A stretch of DNA of 64,000 nt from Emiliania huxleyi CCMP1516 (Eukaryota). Made by a program: the position numbers and the translations under genes. Positions 35,503 through 47,431 of the stretch are shown in pieces. The notes below the pieces were generated by a model. That model worked only from the letters and a program-made list of their open reading frames with translations, ran no database searches and was not told where the DNA came from. Position 1 is the first letter of the stretch; each line of letters begins with the position of its first letter. The stretch spans positions 434,001 through 498,000 of the forward strand of contig NW_005202427.1 in the NCBI RefSeq assembly GCF_000372725.1. Reading direction: 5' to 3'.

Positions 35503-36978
35503 ATGTCTCCTCTCAACTCGACTGAAGAAGGCACGGAGCTGGGCAAAAAGGAGACGGACGCTCAGCTGGGCAAGGGGAAATACGATGCGGGCTGGCGCGT
35601 CAGCAAACCAGACGGCCCTTCCGAGGGCCCAACGTATCGCTCAGCAGGCGTCGCACCAGGCACTGCAGACGACCAGAGCGCTGCGGCCGGCGCGTCAGCG
35701 AGGGCCAGTGGGGGCGCGCTGAAGGTGGGCGGCCCGGGCAGCATCGGCCCGGCGTGGACGCGCGGAGAGATTGAAAAGCCGGCGGGCGTGCGCGACATGG
35801 GCGCGTGGACGGCGCTTTATTACACGGATGAGCAGCAGCAGCGGCTCGGCATCGACGAGAAGGGCAACAAGCTTGCGCGGAACCGAGACAAGTTCTTCGC
35901 TCCTGAGGCACCCAGCGGCGCTGCCAGCAGCGGGCGCTTCCCCGCCGCGTGGGGCGAGCCGCCGACGGTCGAGACGAGGGACTATCGCGTGCTGCCCGGA
36001 GGATACGGAATGGGCTCGTCGACGCTGGCGAAGTGGATCCAGAGCAAGCTCGAGGGGGATGGAGCGGTTGATGGCAGCGCGAGTCGAGGGTCCGCAGAAG
36101 TAGGTGTTGACGGGAAGCTGCCGAGCTTCGACGTGAAATTGCCAGACGGCCACGTGAAACTCAAGGATGGCAGCATTCAGATGCCAGACGGGAGCATCAA
36201 ACTCCCTTCCGGCTCTATCAAGATGCCCGATGGAAGCTTTCGGCTCCCGTCAGGCAGCATCAAGATGCCCGACGGCACCATCAAACTGCCCGATGGCAGC
36301 ATCAAGATGCCCAACGGGAAGCTCCAGCTGCCGGACGGGACCATCACGATGCCAGCCGTTGACGTCAAGATGCCAGGCGCAAGCCTCAAGGGGCCATCGG
36401 GGAGCGTGGCTCTGCCCAAGGGTGAGATTGGACTACCGAGCGGCAACATTGCCACGCCCAAGCTGGACGTGGAGGTGAAGGCTCCTACGTATCGCAGTGC
36501 TGGAGTCGATCTGGGCGCGCTGAAGGCGGACGCAGAGTTCAAGGCGCCGGGCGTCGACGTGAAGATGCCAAAGGTGGGCGCGAAACTGCCGAAGGTCGAC
36601 CTGAAAATGCCCAAAGGCAGCATTAAACTGCCCGACGGGAGCATCAAGCTGCCCGACGGGAAGCTCCAGCTCCCCGATGGCACCATCACGATGCCGGACG
36701 TCAAGATGCCGGACGCGAGCCTCGAGATAGGCTCACGCGGCGTGGCTGTCCCAGGCACGCCCCCCGAGGTCCACGTCGGCGAGATGGCCAGGCTGAGCGC
36801 TGCTTGGGAGGGCGGCAACAAACAAGTTGATGTGCCAAAGGTGGCTGCCGCCTTGGCTTCTCCCAAGGTGGGGGAGAAGAAGGGGTTCCTGCACGCCAAC
36901 CTCGGGCTGTTTGGCGAACGGTCGTCCAGCCTCCGGCGAGGCACACGAAAAAGGAGTTCCGCTCACCCGCGGCAATAG
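35503..36978 (+). CDS. Repetitive protein with 7-aa IK(M/L)PDGS and VDVKMP repeats; function unknown
   Basis: 491-aa ORF with more than 15 xKxPDG units; N-terminal YYTDEQQQRLGIDEKG and FPAAWGEPP..LPGGYGMGSSTLAKWI segments. Confidence 0.6.
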   Translation: MSPLNSTEEGTELGKKETDAQLGKGKYDAGWRVSKPDGPSEGPTYRSAGVAPGTADDQSAAAGASARASGGALKVGGPGSIGPAWTRGEIEKPAGVRDMGAWTALYYTDEQQQRLGIDEKGNKLARNRDKFFAPEAPSGAASSGRFPAAWGEPPTVETRDYRVLPGGYGMGSSTLAKWIQSKLEGDGAVDGSASRGSAEVGVDGKLPSFDVKLPDGHVKLKDGSIQMPDGSIKLPSGSIKMPDGSFRLPSGSIKMPDGTIKLPDGSIKMPNGKLQLPDGTITMPAVDVKMPGASLKGPSGSVALPKGEIGLPSGNIATPKLDVEVKAPTYRSAGVDLGALKADAEFKAPGVDVKMPKVGAKLPKVDLKMPKGSIKLPDGSIKLPDGKLQLPDGTITMPDVKMPDASLEIGSRGVAVPGTPPEVHVGEMARLSAAWEGGNKQVDVPKVAAALASPKVGEKKGFLHANLGLFGERSSSLRRGTRKRSSAHPRQ

Positions 36979-37108
36979 AGGACACAATGAAAGAAAGCAA
37001 AAGAAACGTCTAGGCATGCAAGCTACGCAATCAACTCTCCCGCGGCTACACATCATCGATGGCATCGTCGAGCGGTGCGGCCAAGCGCCTCCTCTTTCAT
37101 CGACGTTT

Positions 37109-37615
37109 TCAGTCCGCTCCAGCCTTCAGCAGCAGTGCCTTTATCTCCGTGTGGCCTTTCTGGGTGGCAGCATGCAGCGGCGTGTCTGAGGCGAGCATGC
37201 CGAGGCCACGCGTGAAGGGAGTGTTCGGGTTGGCGCCCGCCTTCAGCAGCTCCGCCACCACCTCTGTGTGGCCTTGGGCGGCGGCAGCATGCAGCGGCGT
37301 GGCCGAGGCGAGCATGCCGAGGCCCCACGTGAAGGGAGTGTTCGGGTTGGCGCCCGCCTTCAGCAGCGCCGCCACCACCTCTGCGTGGCCTTTAAGGGCG
37401 GCAGCAAACAGCGGCGTCGCCAAGGCGAGCATACCAAAGCCACTCCGCTCGCCCACGTCGATGTCGCTGCGCACATGCTGGTACTGGAGAAGCTCGACGA
37501 CTCGAGGGAGCTCACCGGCTTGGGCAGCGGTGTAGAGAGGACTTGTGTTTTGCAATGCTTCGACGCCCGCAACAACGTAGCAGAGAATCAACAGGGCAAA
37601 CAGCGCGACTGCCAT
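37109..37615 (-). CDS. Short ankyrin-repeat protein with signal peptide
   Basis: MAVALFALLILCYVVAGVEA leader; three TPLxAA..GH.EVV..LLKAGANPN-type repeats plus a degenerate first repeat. Confidence 0.8.
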   Translation of the reverse strand: MAVALFALLILCYVVAGVEALQNTSPLYTAAQAGELPRVVELLQYQHVRSDIDVGERSGFGMLALATPLFAAALKGHAEVVAALLKAGANPNTPFTWGLGMLASATPLHAAAAQGHTEVVAELLKAGANPNTPFTRGLGMLASDTPLHAATQKGHTEIKALLLKAGAD

Positions 37616-38590
37616 ATGTGCTAGCTGCGCCGGGGACGTACGAGTTCCTTGGCCTTGCACGTGGCACGGCGCGAGACACACACAGCCTTCAAGTGTACAT
37701 TAATGTACTGCTGTGAGCGAGAGTTTCTCTTGTTTAAATTCTTTTTCTTGCTGTGCCTAGTGTTGTGAGACAGGCGCGCCAGTCCGTTTGGATTATTAGC
37801 GGGCATCGATGTCATGAACCCAAAGGTAAATCATTGATGCTTGCTGTGCGGCCGCCGTAGCAGGTAACAAATTAGACGCGTGACGTTTTTTTCATTGCAA
37901 CGCGCATCCCGCGGCTTTTTTCTTTTTCTAGTGCGCGCCAGTCCCGAGAGAGATTCAATACCAAACAACTCTAACCAGTCCCGTGCCCAGTGTCGTGCGA
38001 GGGAGTTTTGTTGTAAAATTATTTTTCTCGCGATGTCCACCCCGCCGCGCCGCACTGAAAATCTGGTCCGCAGTCTGGTGCAACATAGCTCGTCAAGGTC
38101 AACCTTCCACACAACACTCGACACACAACTGGACACACACGTGACACGCGACATCCGACCGCGTGGCGTACGGCCGGTGTGGTTTGAGCGTTGAGGCTGG
38201 GGCAAGGGAACCCTACCCCTCCCCATGCTCAACGATGGCTAAAGTTGTCTCGAAGTACCTTCGTTCGCGGATACCTCAACGCGTTAAGGCGCGAGACACA
38301 CATATTGTCGAGATATACGTCGGGGAGAAGTTTCAGATATACGCGATAGACTTTAGCGGTATTTTCATGATTTCTCGCTGGCGGTCCGTGTATCCCACTC
38401 GCCCCTCCGCGTTTGAATCGTGCTTGGGTCCGTGAAATTCTTTTCAGAGCTGTGTTAGTGCCAGTGCGCGCCAGTCCCGGCCCAGTGTTGTGCGAGGGAG
38501 AGTTTTGTAAAATTCTTTTCAGACCTCCACGTGTGCGTGTGCAGGCCAAGGAACTCGTACGTCCCCCGGCGCACCTCCCCCTTTCGACAT

Positions 38591-39763
38591 ATGGCAGTCG
38601 CGCTGTTTGCCCTGTTGATTCTCTGCTACGTTGTTGCGGGCGTCGAAGCATTGCAAAACACAAGTCCTCTCTACACCGCTGCCGAAGCCGATGAGCTCCC
38701 TCGAGTCGTCGAGCTTCTCCAATACCAGCATGTGCGCAGCGACATCGACGTGGGCGAGCGGAGTGGCCTTGGCTTTGGCATGGCGGCTTCCAAGCAGGCG
38801 CGGAGAATCGCGGCGTCGGTGACTTCGGTCGTGAATGGCCTCGAGATGTCGGTCGTCGAAAATGTGCTGTCGCTCATCTACCCACCGCCGCCTCCACCAA
38901 GGCCACTCTTGCCAGAATGGGTGCTCTCGTTGGCACTCTCGACAGCTGCTACGTTAGCAGTGGCGGCCGTGATCATGTGGTGGCTTGGTGGGCTCAGGTC
39001 AGCAGACAGAGATCTGGACGGCGCGGAATCACAGGCGGGCCACGTGGCAGAGCTGGAGGCCAAGCTTGCCCTTCTCGACGCAAAGCTGTCCACTCTCGAA
39101 AAGGATTGGAACGATGCTCTCGAAGCAGCCAAGGATGCGGCAGCACGGGCGACGGCGGCGGCACAGGACGCACAGATGGCGGCGCAAGGCGCCGCTGCAG
39201 CAACGGCTCGGGAGAGCCGCCTCAAGGCTGAGCGTCGCGCCAAGTCGGCAGCCGATGGCGGCAACGAGGGAGGCAACCAGACAGTCACTGTGTCGGCGGC
39301 ATCGGCGGCGGCGGCGGCGGCGGCGGCAGGGGAGACAAAGCCAGCGCCGCCGCCGATAGTGGCGAGCGAGACGCCGGCATGGCTTCGCGAGGCTCAGGAG
39401 TCGCTTCCTAAGCCGCTCCTCCGGCGCTTTGTGACGGCGGACGAGTTTACGGGCGAACTTCAGACTATTTCGCCACCTCCCTCGCCGCCCGCGTCGTCTG
39501 AGTCGCCACGGTGCCATCGTCGCTCTTCTGCCGACGCCACGGCGACAGGCGCTGTGACGGCTCCCTGGGCGCAGCGGTGGCAGAGGCACCTCCTCGCGAC
39601 GTCCACAGGACAACGCACCTTATCGCCACCGAGCTCGGAGGAGGAGGGTGCTATGCAGCCCGCGTGCCCGCAAATGGACGCGGCGGTGGACGTGGTGGAT
39701 GCCGTCGCGGCGTCGGCGGCATCGAGGCATCTAGTGGGAGAGGCTCGGAGGCAAGCCGGATAG
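38591..39763 (+). CDS. Chimeric ORF: ankyrin-gene leader and first repeat, then unrelated TM, coiled-coil and low-complexity sequence
   Basis: First ~190 nt nearly identical to the reverse complement of ~37430-37615; diverges at 38783 and stays open to 39763. Confidence 0.55.
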   Translation: MAVALFALLILCYVVAGVEALQNTSPLYTAAEADELPRVVELLQYQHVRSDIDVGERSGLGFGMAASKQARRIAASVTSVVNGLEMSVVENVLSLIYPPPPPPRPLLPEWVLSLALSTAATLAVAAVIMWWLGGLRSADRDLDGAESQAGHVAELEAKLALLDAKLSTLEKDWNDALEAAKDAAARATAAAQDAQMAAQGAAAATARESRLKAERRAKSAADGGNEGGNQTVTVSAASAAAAAAAAGETKPAPPPIVASETPAWLREAQESLPKPLLRRFVTADEFTGELQTISPPPSPPASSESPRCHRRSSADATATGAVTAPWAQRWQRHLLATSTGQRTLSPPSSEEEGAMQPACPQMDAAVDVVDAVAASAASRHLVGEARRQAG

Positions 39764-39845
39764 CTGGCCTGCGCTGCGCAATTTTTCCTCAACGAAAAAC
39801 GGACAAACAGCGCTCATCAATTATCTCCCCGCCCCACCCCCCCAG

Positions 39846-41155
39846 GAGCGGCCGCACATTGCTCGGTACCCCCCTGCACATCTAAAGTCATCCCTGCTGC
39901 TAGGGGGGGGGTCTGACCCCCCCAACAGCAGAGCGCTGCTGCTGGGGGGGGGGGGTCCCGACCCCCCCAGCAGCAGAGGGCATTGGACCCAGCTCTCCCA
40001 GCTCCCGCCTCTTCGCCGCCGCGGCCCCCTCCCACCTCGTACGCTCGAGGCGGCTGTGTTCACCGCGCCTTCGAGCCCAATAGCAATACACCTTCGTCGT
40101 GTCGAGTGCTGGCGTTTTACTAAAGACTTGTGACCATGTGAGTCTATCTTGTACTACCACACTAAAAGCCGTGTAGTGATCCACTCACTCGGGCGTCTCG
40201 GCTGACGATGATCGATCAGCGTTGATCTCTCTAGCCTATCGGTCCCCCGCTCGATCCTCGGATCGCTCGCTCGTCGAAATCGATCGACTGAGCTTAACCC
40301 TTTTGCTTCATAAGGGTCCTGAGGACCAAATCTCGATATATCTCCAGTCGTAGCGGTGGAACTTTAAAACGGCTCGGTAAATATTTAGCCATATATGAGA
40401 GGATTACGGCACAGTGTCGTTTGAGTCGACAGTAACTCTCCCACAGCCCACGTAACTCCGTCTTTTTCAGGCACCCGGAGCCCGCCGCGGCCGCTTCTAC
40501 GCCGGCGAAGCACCATCAAGCTGCTGTACGGCCCCGGCATCGCCTCCCCTGGCTTAGCTCTCAGTCAAGATATTGTGCACATGGGTGGCCTCTACAATAT
40601 ACTCACTGACACTGAACCTCCCAGAGCTCGTCCCGGTCCGTCACGGCCATCCTCGTCCTCCGGCGGGCCCCCGGCCGCGGCGCGGTGCGGCGGCGTCACA
40701 AATCCGACCACAGAGCACCGGGACGCGGTCGGGCGATCTGAGGCCCAGGTAGGCGAATGCATTGCCCATCCAGGGCTATCACCTGGACCTATCAACAGGC
40801 GCCTGCGGCGCCGTGCTCAGGAGTTGGTTTTCACTCGCTCGAAATGTGTACGTAAAAGGGTTAACGACTTTTCTTTTTTCGAAACGCGCGCGCGGCCCCG
40901 TCGCGCGGCAAAACTGTCAGGTCCGCCGCGACGCGTCGCCGCAATGGCGGGCAGCGACGTGGTGGAAGCCATGCGGCTCGCCCTCAAGCCATTTAATATC
41001 CAGCACCTCGCCGCCGACTGGAACGCTAACCGTAGAGCCGTACTTACTTACAGCTGTCGGTACAGAGATGCCAGCACCCCCTAGCAGCAGAGCGCTGCTG
41101 CTGGGGGGGGGGGGTCCGACCCCCCCGGGGGGTACCGAGCAGTGTGCGGCCGCTC
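39846..41155. mobile_element. Non-autonomous TIR DNA transposon with 29-bp TIR and 3-bp CAG TSD (PIF/Harbinger-like)
   Basis: cag|gagcggccgcacattgctcggtacccccc ... ggggggtaccgagcagtgtgcggccgctc|cag; related termini at 48929, 52508-52529, 63881. Confidence 0.75.
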
Positions 41156-41205
41156 CAGAGGCGCCTGTGTAGTGTGTTCACAGTAGGGTGATAAGAAACA
41201 AGAAC

Positions 41206-41639
41206 CTCGCGCGACGCCGCTGTTTGCTGCCGCCGCAAAAGGCCACACAGAGGTGGTGGCGGCGCTGCTGAAGGCGGGCGCCAACCCGAACACTCTCTTC
41301 ACGTGGGGCCTCGGCATGCTCGCCTCGGCCATGCCGCTGCTACCTGCCGCCACGGAAGGCCACACAGAGGTGGTGGCGGAACTGCTAAAGGCGGGTGCCA
41401 ACCCGAACACTCCCAACACGCTTGGCCTCGGCATGCTCGCCTCGCAACCGCCGCTGCATGCTGCCGCCTTTAAAGGCCACACAGAGGTGGTGTTGGAGCT
41501 GCTGAAGGCGGGCGCCAACCCGAGCACTCCCTCCACGCTTGGCTTCGGTATGCACACCTCGCAAACGCCGCTGCATGCTGCCACCCAGAAAGGCCACACG
41601 GAGATAAAGGCACTGCTGCTGAAGGCTGGAGCGGACTGA
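41206..41639 (+). pseudogene. Detached 3' part of the duplicated ankyrin gene
   Basis: Matches the reverse complement of ~37109-37430 with one extra repeat; homology continues in the 3' flank to ~41817 versus ~36934. Confidence 0.75.
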
Positions 41640-42603
41640 AAACGTCGATGAAAAGCGCTTGGCCGCACCGCTCGACGATGCCATCCCTTCGATGTTGTGT
41701 ATAGCCGCGGGAGAGCTGATTGCGTAGCTTGCATGCATGCCTAGACGTTTGTTTTGCTTTCTTTCATTGTGTCCTCTATTTTGCCGGTGAGCGGAACTCC
41801 TTTTTTGTGCCTCGCCGTCCTCGCAGCCTCGCAGGAGTTCAGGGAGTCCGCTGGGGTTGTCTAACGTACGAGTGACTTTTTGGGGGGTCACAGTATGAAC
41901 CCGCCCCGTCGGGTCCAAAACTCGGGCATGGTGGGCGCTAAGGGATGTATGTATGTAAATAGTGAGACGCCGACGTCTCACAGTGAGACGATGGAGAAGG
42001 GGGACCACGACACTGCTTCAGCAGCGTGCACCTCGATCCTGTACCGTGTTTGTTATGACCCCCCCCCAATGAACACACCAGCGAGGGAGGGCGAGACGAT
42101 CGAGGGGTCCCGTACCACCATGCGGAATCGACCCTATCCAGTGCTCAAGTGCTCAAGTGAGACGCTTCGACGTTTTTGGTCGTGGAGGTCGTGGAGGTCT
42201 CGTGGAGTTGCGAGTCACGCTCGGGCGGACAACATCGATGGCCGGCGCCGGACGCGGCGGCGAGGCACACCCGGGCGCCGGCGTGGCGCGTCGGCAGGCC
42301 CACCACCAGCGGATGCGCAACGAGCGCGCTCGGGAAGCGGCCGCGGGCGATGCGGAGCTTCCGCCGGAGGACAACGCGGTCGAGATGGCGAGCGCCGTCC
42401 ACGTGCTGGACAGCGTGGGGCGGAGTGGTGCGCCTGCTGCTGCGCTGCAGAAGCTTCAGGGCGTGCTACTCGAAGCTCTCAGCGAAGCGAGCGTGGCGGC
42501 GCTTCGTCGCAAGGTGGCCGAGCCGAGCGGATTCGCCAGGCTCGAGCTGGGGGACACGGGCTACGAGACGCTGCCGGCGCTAGTGGCGGCGTGCCGAGCG
42601 GAT

Positions 42604-43193
42604 GGCTGGTGCTCGACAAGGCGGCCTTGGACCGGCCTCTGTTCCCAGGCGTCGACGAGGCGACGGGGCTCTTCTTGTTCACCGAGAGCTTCGACGTGCA
42701 GCGACTCTGCCGGCGCCTGATCGAGACAGGGCGCCAGCTGGGCATGGCCCGGCACAAGGTGGGCGCGTGGGGCCTGCGCAAAGACGCGTGCGAGCAGCCG
42801 GCGTTGGCGGGTGACGGCGCCGTCGCTGCGCGAGTGCTGGGCCACCGCCAGGTAAATTCCCGGGCGTTGGATCGGGTGTATCGCGCAGACCTGCGCACGC
42901 GCGATCTCGGTTCATACTGGATGCGGCGCGACGCGCTCGGGAGCGTGGAGCGCGCGCCGCTGACGTCGCTCTCGGCGTCGCGTGTGCCGGAGGTGGGTGG
43001 CGTGCGCGGCTTCGGCGACCTGCCGCAGGCGTGCCCGGAGCGGCAGGCGGCGCGCAGCGACGCGAAGGTGGCCGAGGCGGCGGAGGAGGTGGCGAGTGCA
43101 CGACGCGGCGGAGGAGCAGGCGGCGGCTCGGCGTCGCGCAGCTGCCGAGGTGTTTCAAGGCGAGCGCGCGCGTGCGGCCGGCGATTCTCTTAA
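42604..43193 (+). mobile_element. Degenerate tyrosine-recombinase-like fragment (Crypton/DIRS-type remnant)
   Basis: GAWGLRK...AARVLGHRQVNSRALDRVY resembles the HxLR / LGH / catalytic Y spacing; upstream frame disrupted. Confidence 0.45.
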
Positions 43194-43327
43194 ACGTTCT
43201 TAAAAGAGGGACCCCCGTGCCTGCAATCTCTTGAGTGGCAATTTAAGCCCCCAAACCTCCACTCATTTCTGAACAGGTCTTTAAAAATCCGGCCCCCGGG
43301 GCTCAGAGAACCGCCTAGGAGTTGCTG

Positions 43328-44126
43328 CTATGCGGGCTCTTCCCGGAAGATCGGCGAGCTCACGCCCTTCAGCGTCTGGTTCCGGCAGGGCGAGGGGGGG
43401 TCGTCGGCGGGCTGACCGGGCATCGTGAATAGGGTGCGCTTCCGATACTCGTCGATGATGTCCTTCGCCTGCTTTAGCCACTGGTCGCGCTTGAGCACCT
43501 CGCCCTGGCGTATCAAGAAGGAAGGGAGGATGTGGAAGCGCGCGCGCGTGCGTGTGTCGTGTCTGTGTGTGGTGTCGTGTGGCGCCTGCAGGTGCTCCGC
43601 TAGCCGCTGGTGCTCCGCCCGCTCCAACTCCCACTCGGCGGACTTGATCTGCAGCGAGTCGAGGGTGCGGTCGAGCTTCGCCTTGTCCTTTTGCCGCTCC
43701 GCCGTCGCGCGTGCGAGCTTCGACTTGGCCTGCGTCTCCCGCGCCTCGCCCTGGCAAGTGTAAGTGTGGGGGGGGGGGTCAAGAAGGACGAGCGCGTGTG
43801 TGGTGTCTGTGCGTGGCGTCGTGTGGCGCCTGCAGGTGTTGCAGCGCCTCCCGCGCCTCCCGCGCCTCGTTGAGCCGCTGTGCGATGAGCCACGACTTGG
43901 TCACCGCCGGTGCGTCGAGCACCCGGAACTTGTACGAGCGAAATGCCGCCTGCACCCGCGTCGCCGACCTCTCCTGTAGCAGCCGCGCCCGCTCGAGAAC
44001 GGCGGCGCGTGCCTCCTCCTCGCCGGCCTGCGTCTTCTGCTGTCTGAAGAGCAAGACGAGTGGGACAATCATCGTGGCGACGAGCACGACGAGTGCGAGG
44101 ACGGCAGTGAGGTTGTCGCCGCCCAT
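43328..44126 (-). CDS. Small N-terminally anchored coiled-coil protein with IQ-like motif; introns 43751-43829 and 43505-43585
   Basis: TM AVLALVVLVATMIVPLVLLF; SATRVQAAFRSYKFR; both GC-AG introns preserve frame. Confidence 0.55.
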
Positions 44127-44576
44127 CTCGGGGCAGGAGCGTGTGAGCGCCGTTTCGATATGGACGTGCGAGTTTGAGCTTCCTTGCGCGTTGCGCCTCG
44201 ACCTACCTCTATTGTTGATCACGTGCCTTTTGTTTTGTTTCTTTACCGACGCCCGGCAGAACCGGCTCGGATTGCGCGCAACCCTCGGGCATGGTGTCTG
44301 CTCCAGCCTCCACGACTCTTGTCATGTCTTGTGAGTTGTGTCCGGTCGATAACGCCGATTAGGCTCTCTACCTCTCACGGTGCTAGTACGAAGTAGAGCG
44401 CTCTAGCTGCGGCGGCGCGGGCGGGCGCTGCGGCTCTGGGCTGTGTCATCACTGCACACTTTACCACGGTGCACTTTACCACACTGTGCACCAGCCACTG
44501 ACATTAGCTCACTCTACGAGGTATGCCACGTTGAAGAAAACAGCCTGAACCGACTCACACATGCGCCAGTGCCGTG

Positions 44577-45484
44577 TCACGAGTCTTTTGGAGCCTCCGC
44601 CGTTGCGTCTGCCGCCGCCTCGTAAGCCGCCGCGTCGACGTCCGCGGTGTGTGTCTGGGCACTCCCACCGCCGACGAGTCGCTCGAACTCCGCGTCGAGC
44701 TCCTGGGAAGGGGTGGGACGCGCTGTGTGCCTGCTGGGCCAAGGAGCGGGGCGAAAGCGGTGCTGGCTCGCCTCCAGGTCGAACCCAAACTCCTCGCTCG
44801 CTGCGGCGTCTGCTCCCGGGCTGCCTTGGCCGGACTGCGCGCTGCGACCGCTGCAGCCCACCTCGTCGCGGACGCGCGGGCGAGCCGCCGGAGGCGTTGC
44901 CGCCCCAGCCGATGCCCCGCCCGCCTGCGAGACCCCGAGGTAGTCGCGCTTGGCGGCGTTGGCGCTCGCAAAGTCGTTGCACAGGTCGAGCTTGGCGGTG
45001 GCCACGTGCCAAAAGTACACCTGCAGGGACCGCATGGACGCGTCCAAAAGTAGTTCAGCCGCTCCGCACACAACAGAACTAAGCCCCTTCGCACCTGCCA
45101 GAAGTCCTCCTCGCTCAGCCTGCGCGGAACCAGTCGAAAGCGAAGCTGTGCGAGCTGCGGGTCCGCCTCGAGCGCGGCGGTCGCCATGGGCAGGCAGCCA
45201 GGGAGCACCGAGCGGTGGCGGGTGGCGGCGCGGTGCTGCTCGGCCGCAGCGGTCGTGAAGAGCGACTGCTGCGCGGACAGCGCGAGGATGCGCGCCTTGA
45301 GCTCCTCCTCGAGGATGGCAAACTGCTCGGACAGGGTCTGCCACGGCGGCACGCTGCCGTCATACAGCTCTGCTTGTGCCTGCTCGGCGCGCTGGCGTGC
45401 AGCCTCGAGCGCCGCGCCGCCGCTCGACGAGCTGAAGCGCTCGATGGCCCGCTCCGCGGCGCCGAACAGGCGCTCGAAGGACAT
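44577..45484 (-). CDS. BSD-domain protein (SYAP1-like); intron 45021-45094
   Basis: PPW..., ILALS, LEADPQLAQLRFRLVPRRLSEEDFWQ|VYFWHV. Confidence 0.8.
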
Positions 45485-45605
45485 ACACCCGAATGCCCGC
45501 CAGTTTTCTTCCTCGGGAGAAAAAAGAAAAAGGTGCTCGGCTTGTTGAGTGTCCCTGCCGACCCCTGGCCCTGGGACAACTCTCCGGCCTCGCCCCCGAC
45601 GAGCG

Positions 45606-46472
45606 ATGCCTCGTCCGTACCAGCAGCAGCTCGATGAGGCGGCGCCGGTGTTGAAGCGGCGCTCAAGCGAGTCGGCGCGACTGGCCAAGTTCGTGAGGAC
45701 CACTTCGGAGCCGGGAGCCATCGGCGACAGGCCTTCACCCCTTCCACCCAGCCCGCCGCCGCCGCCGCCGCCGCTCAGCCCGCCGCCGCCCTCGCCACTG
45801 CAACAGGCCTAGGACACGACAAGCGATCGAGCCGGCCGTCTCTGGCCTCATCGCTGTGCTGCGCGTTCTGCTTCCGCTCTACTGGAAGATGTACGCTTTT
45901 GGGTACAGCGTGCTCTCAAAGCTGCCGACCAATGCAATGCGGATGGTCTTTGGGGCTGCACTGTGCCTCTTCGGCGGCCACTTCTTCGCCTCGGTCGCGG
46001 CGATCGAGGCGTTCCGCATCTTCGGTTGGGAGCAGCTGCGCCATCACGTTGGCATCGTCGTGGCAGAGGCCCAGTCGGTAGCGGACGCGAGCCGGAAGGA
46101 CAACGACGTGGACGCCGACGAGAACGGCGTAGCCGACGTGGACGAGATGACGTCGCGCGAGCTGCTCAGACACAAGACGGCCCTCGCCATGTCCACCGTC
46201 CAGGACCCGCAGAGGCTGCAGGCGGCCGCAGGCTTCCTGTGGGTGCGGCGTAGTGGCCTTGTAGTCGTGGGAGGATAGTCGTGGGAAGATAGCCGTGGGA
46301 AGATAGCCGTGGGAGGCATCAAGCTCTCCTGTCGCAGAGCTCTCTCCTCCTCCTCAGGCCGCGTACGTGTCTGTGCTCGCGACGCTGCGCCTCGAGTTCG
46401 CGAGGACTATCTCGCTGGCGCTCGCATGCGCCGAGATGTTCGAATTCCCAATCACGCGGTGCTCCTTCTCTG

Positions 46473-46537
<65 letters not shown>

Positions 46538-47431
46538 CTTTTTTTCCTCTCCCTCCCTCCCTCCCTCCCTCCCTCCCTCCCTCCCTCCCTCCCTCCCTCC
46601 CTCCCTCCCTCCCTCCCCCCCCCCTTTTTCCTTTTTTTTTTTCTCCCCCCCCCCCCCCCTCCCCTCTACCCTCTCTCCCTCTCTCTGCGCAGCGCAGAGC
46701 AGCGGCGCCTCCATTCACACCTCGCGTTGCGAGCAGCTGCTTCCTCCCCGGGCTGGTCGCCCTCCTCGGCCCGGACCTTCAGCACTGGGGCACGACGATC
46801 ATCCAGTCTGCCCTCGCGCTGGTCACCACGCTCGTCGCCATCTGGCTGCAGACGGTCCGCGCCGCCACGCGGGGGGAGAGGAGCGCCGCGCCCGAGTCGG
46901 CCTGAGCAGTCTCCCGCGCGGCGCGCAGGCGATCAGCGCCTTCTACGCGGCTGTGCGGGGAGGCCGGATGTTCGCTGAGGGGCTCTTCGCCCTCATGGAA
47001 GAGCACGGCCTCTTCACGGACGCAAAGGGACTGCCGAAGCTGCCCTGCTTCAAGGAGGGGTGGTCCCCCGAGGACTCGACCCTCGATGAGGCCGCCAGCG
47101 CGCCCGTCTATGCGGAATGGCCGGCGCGCACCTCGAGCCGCCCCTCCTCGTGCCGCAGGTGGTCGGCTTCACGCTCGCCGGCTGCGGCTTTCTCTACCAA
47201 GTGACTACTGGATTCGAGCTCCCGTTCCCTCTGAATCTCGTCTTCTTGCCGCTTACGGCGGTCGAGTGGCTCTTGCGGTGGCGCTCCCTCGATCCCTCTC
47301 CTTCCCGCCCCTCCCCTCTCTGCATCCGACCCCAACCTCCCTGCCGCTGACGGCGAGCGCAGTAGTCTGACGGCTAGCGGCTCCCGTGCAGGTGGCAAAT
47401 CTACGTTACTGACGAGGGGTTGCTCCTTTGA
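45606..47431 (+). CDS. Multi-exon membrane protein of unknown function
   Basis: Spliced frame LCLFGGHFFASVAAIEAF..DADENGVADVD..VLATLRLEFARTISL..ISAFYAAVRGG..GFLYQ..FELPFPLNLVFLPLTAVEWLLR. Confidence 0.65.
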
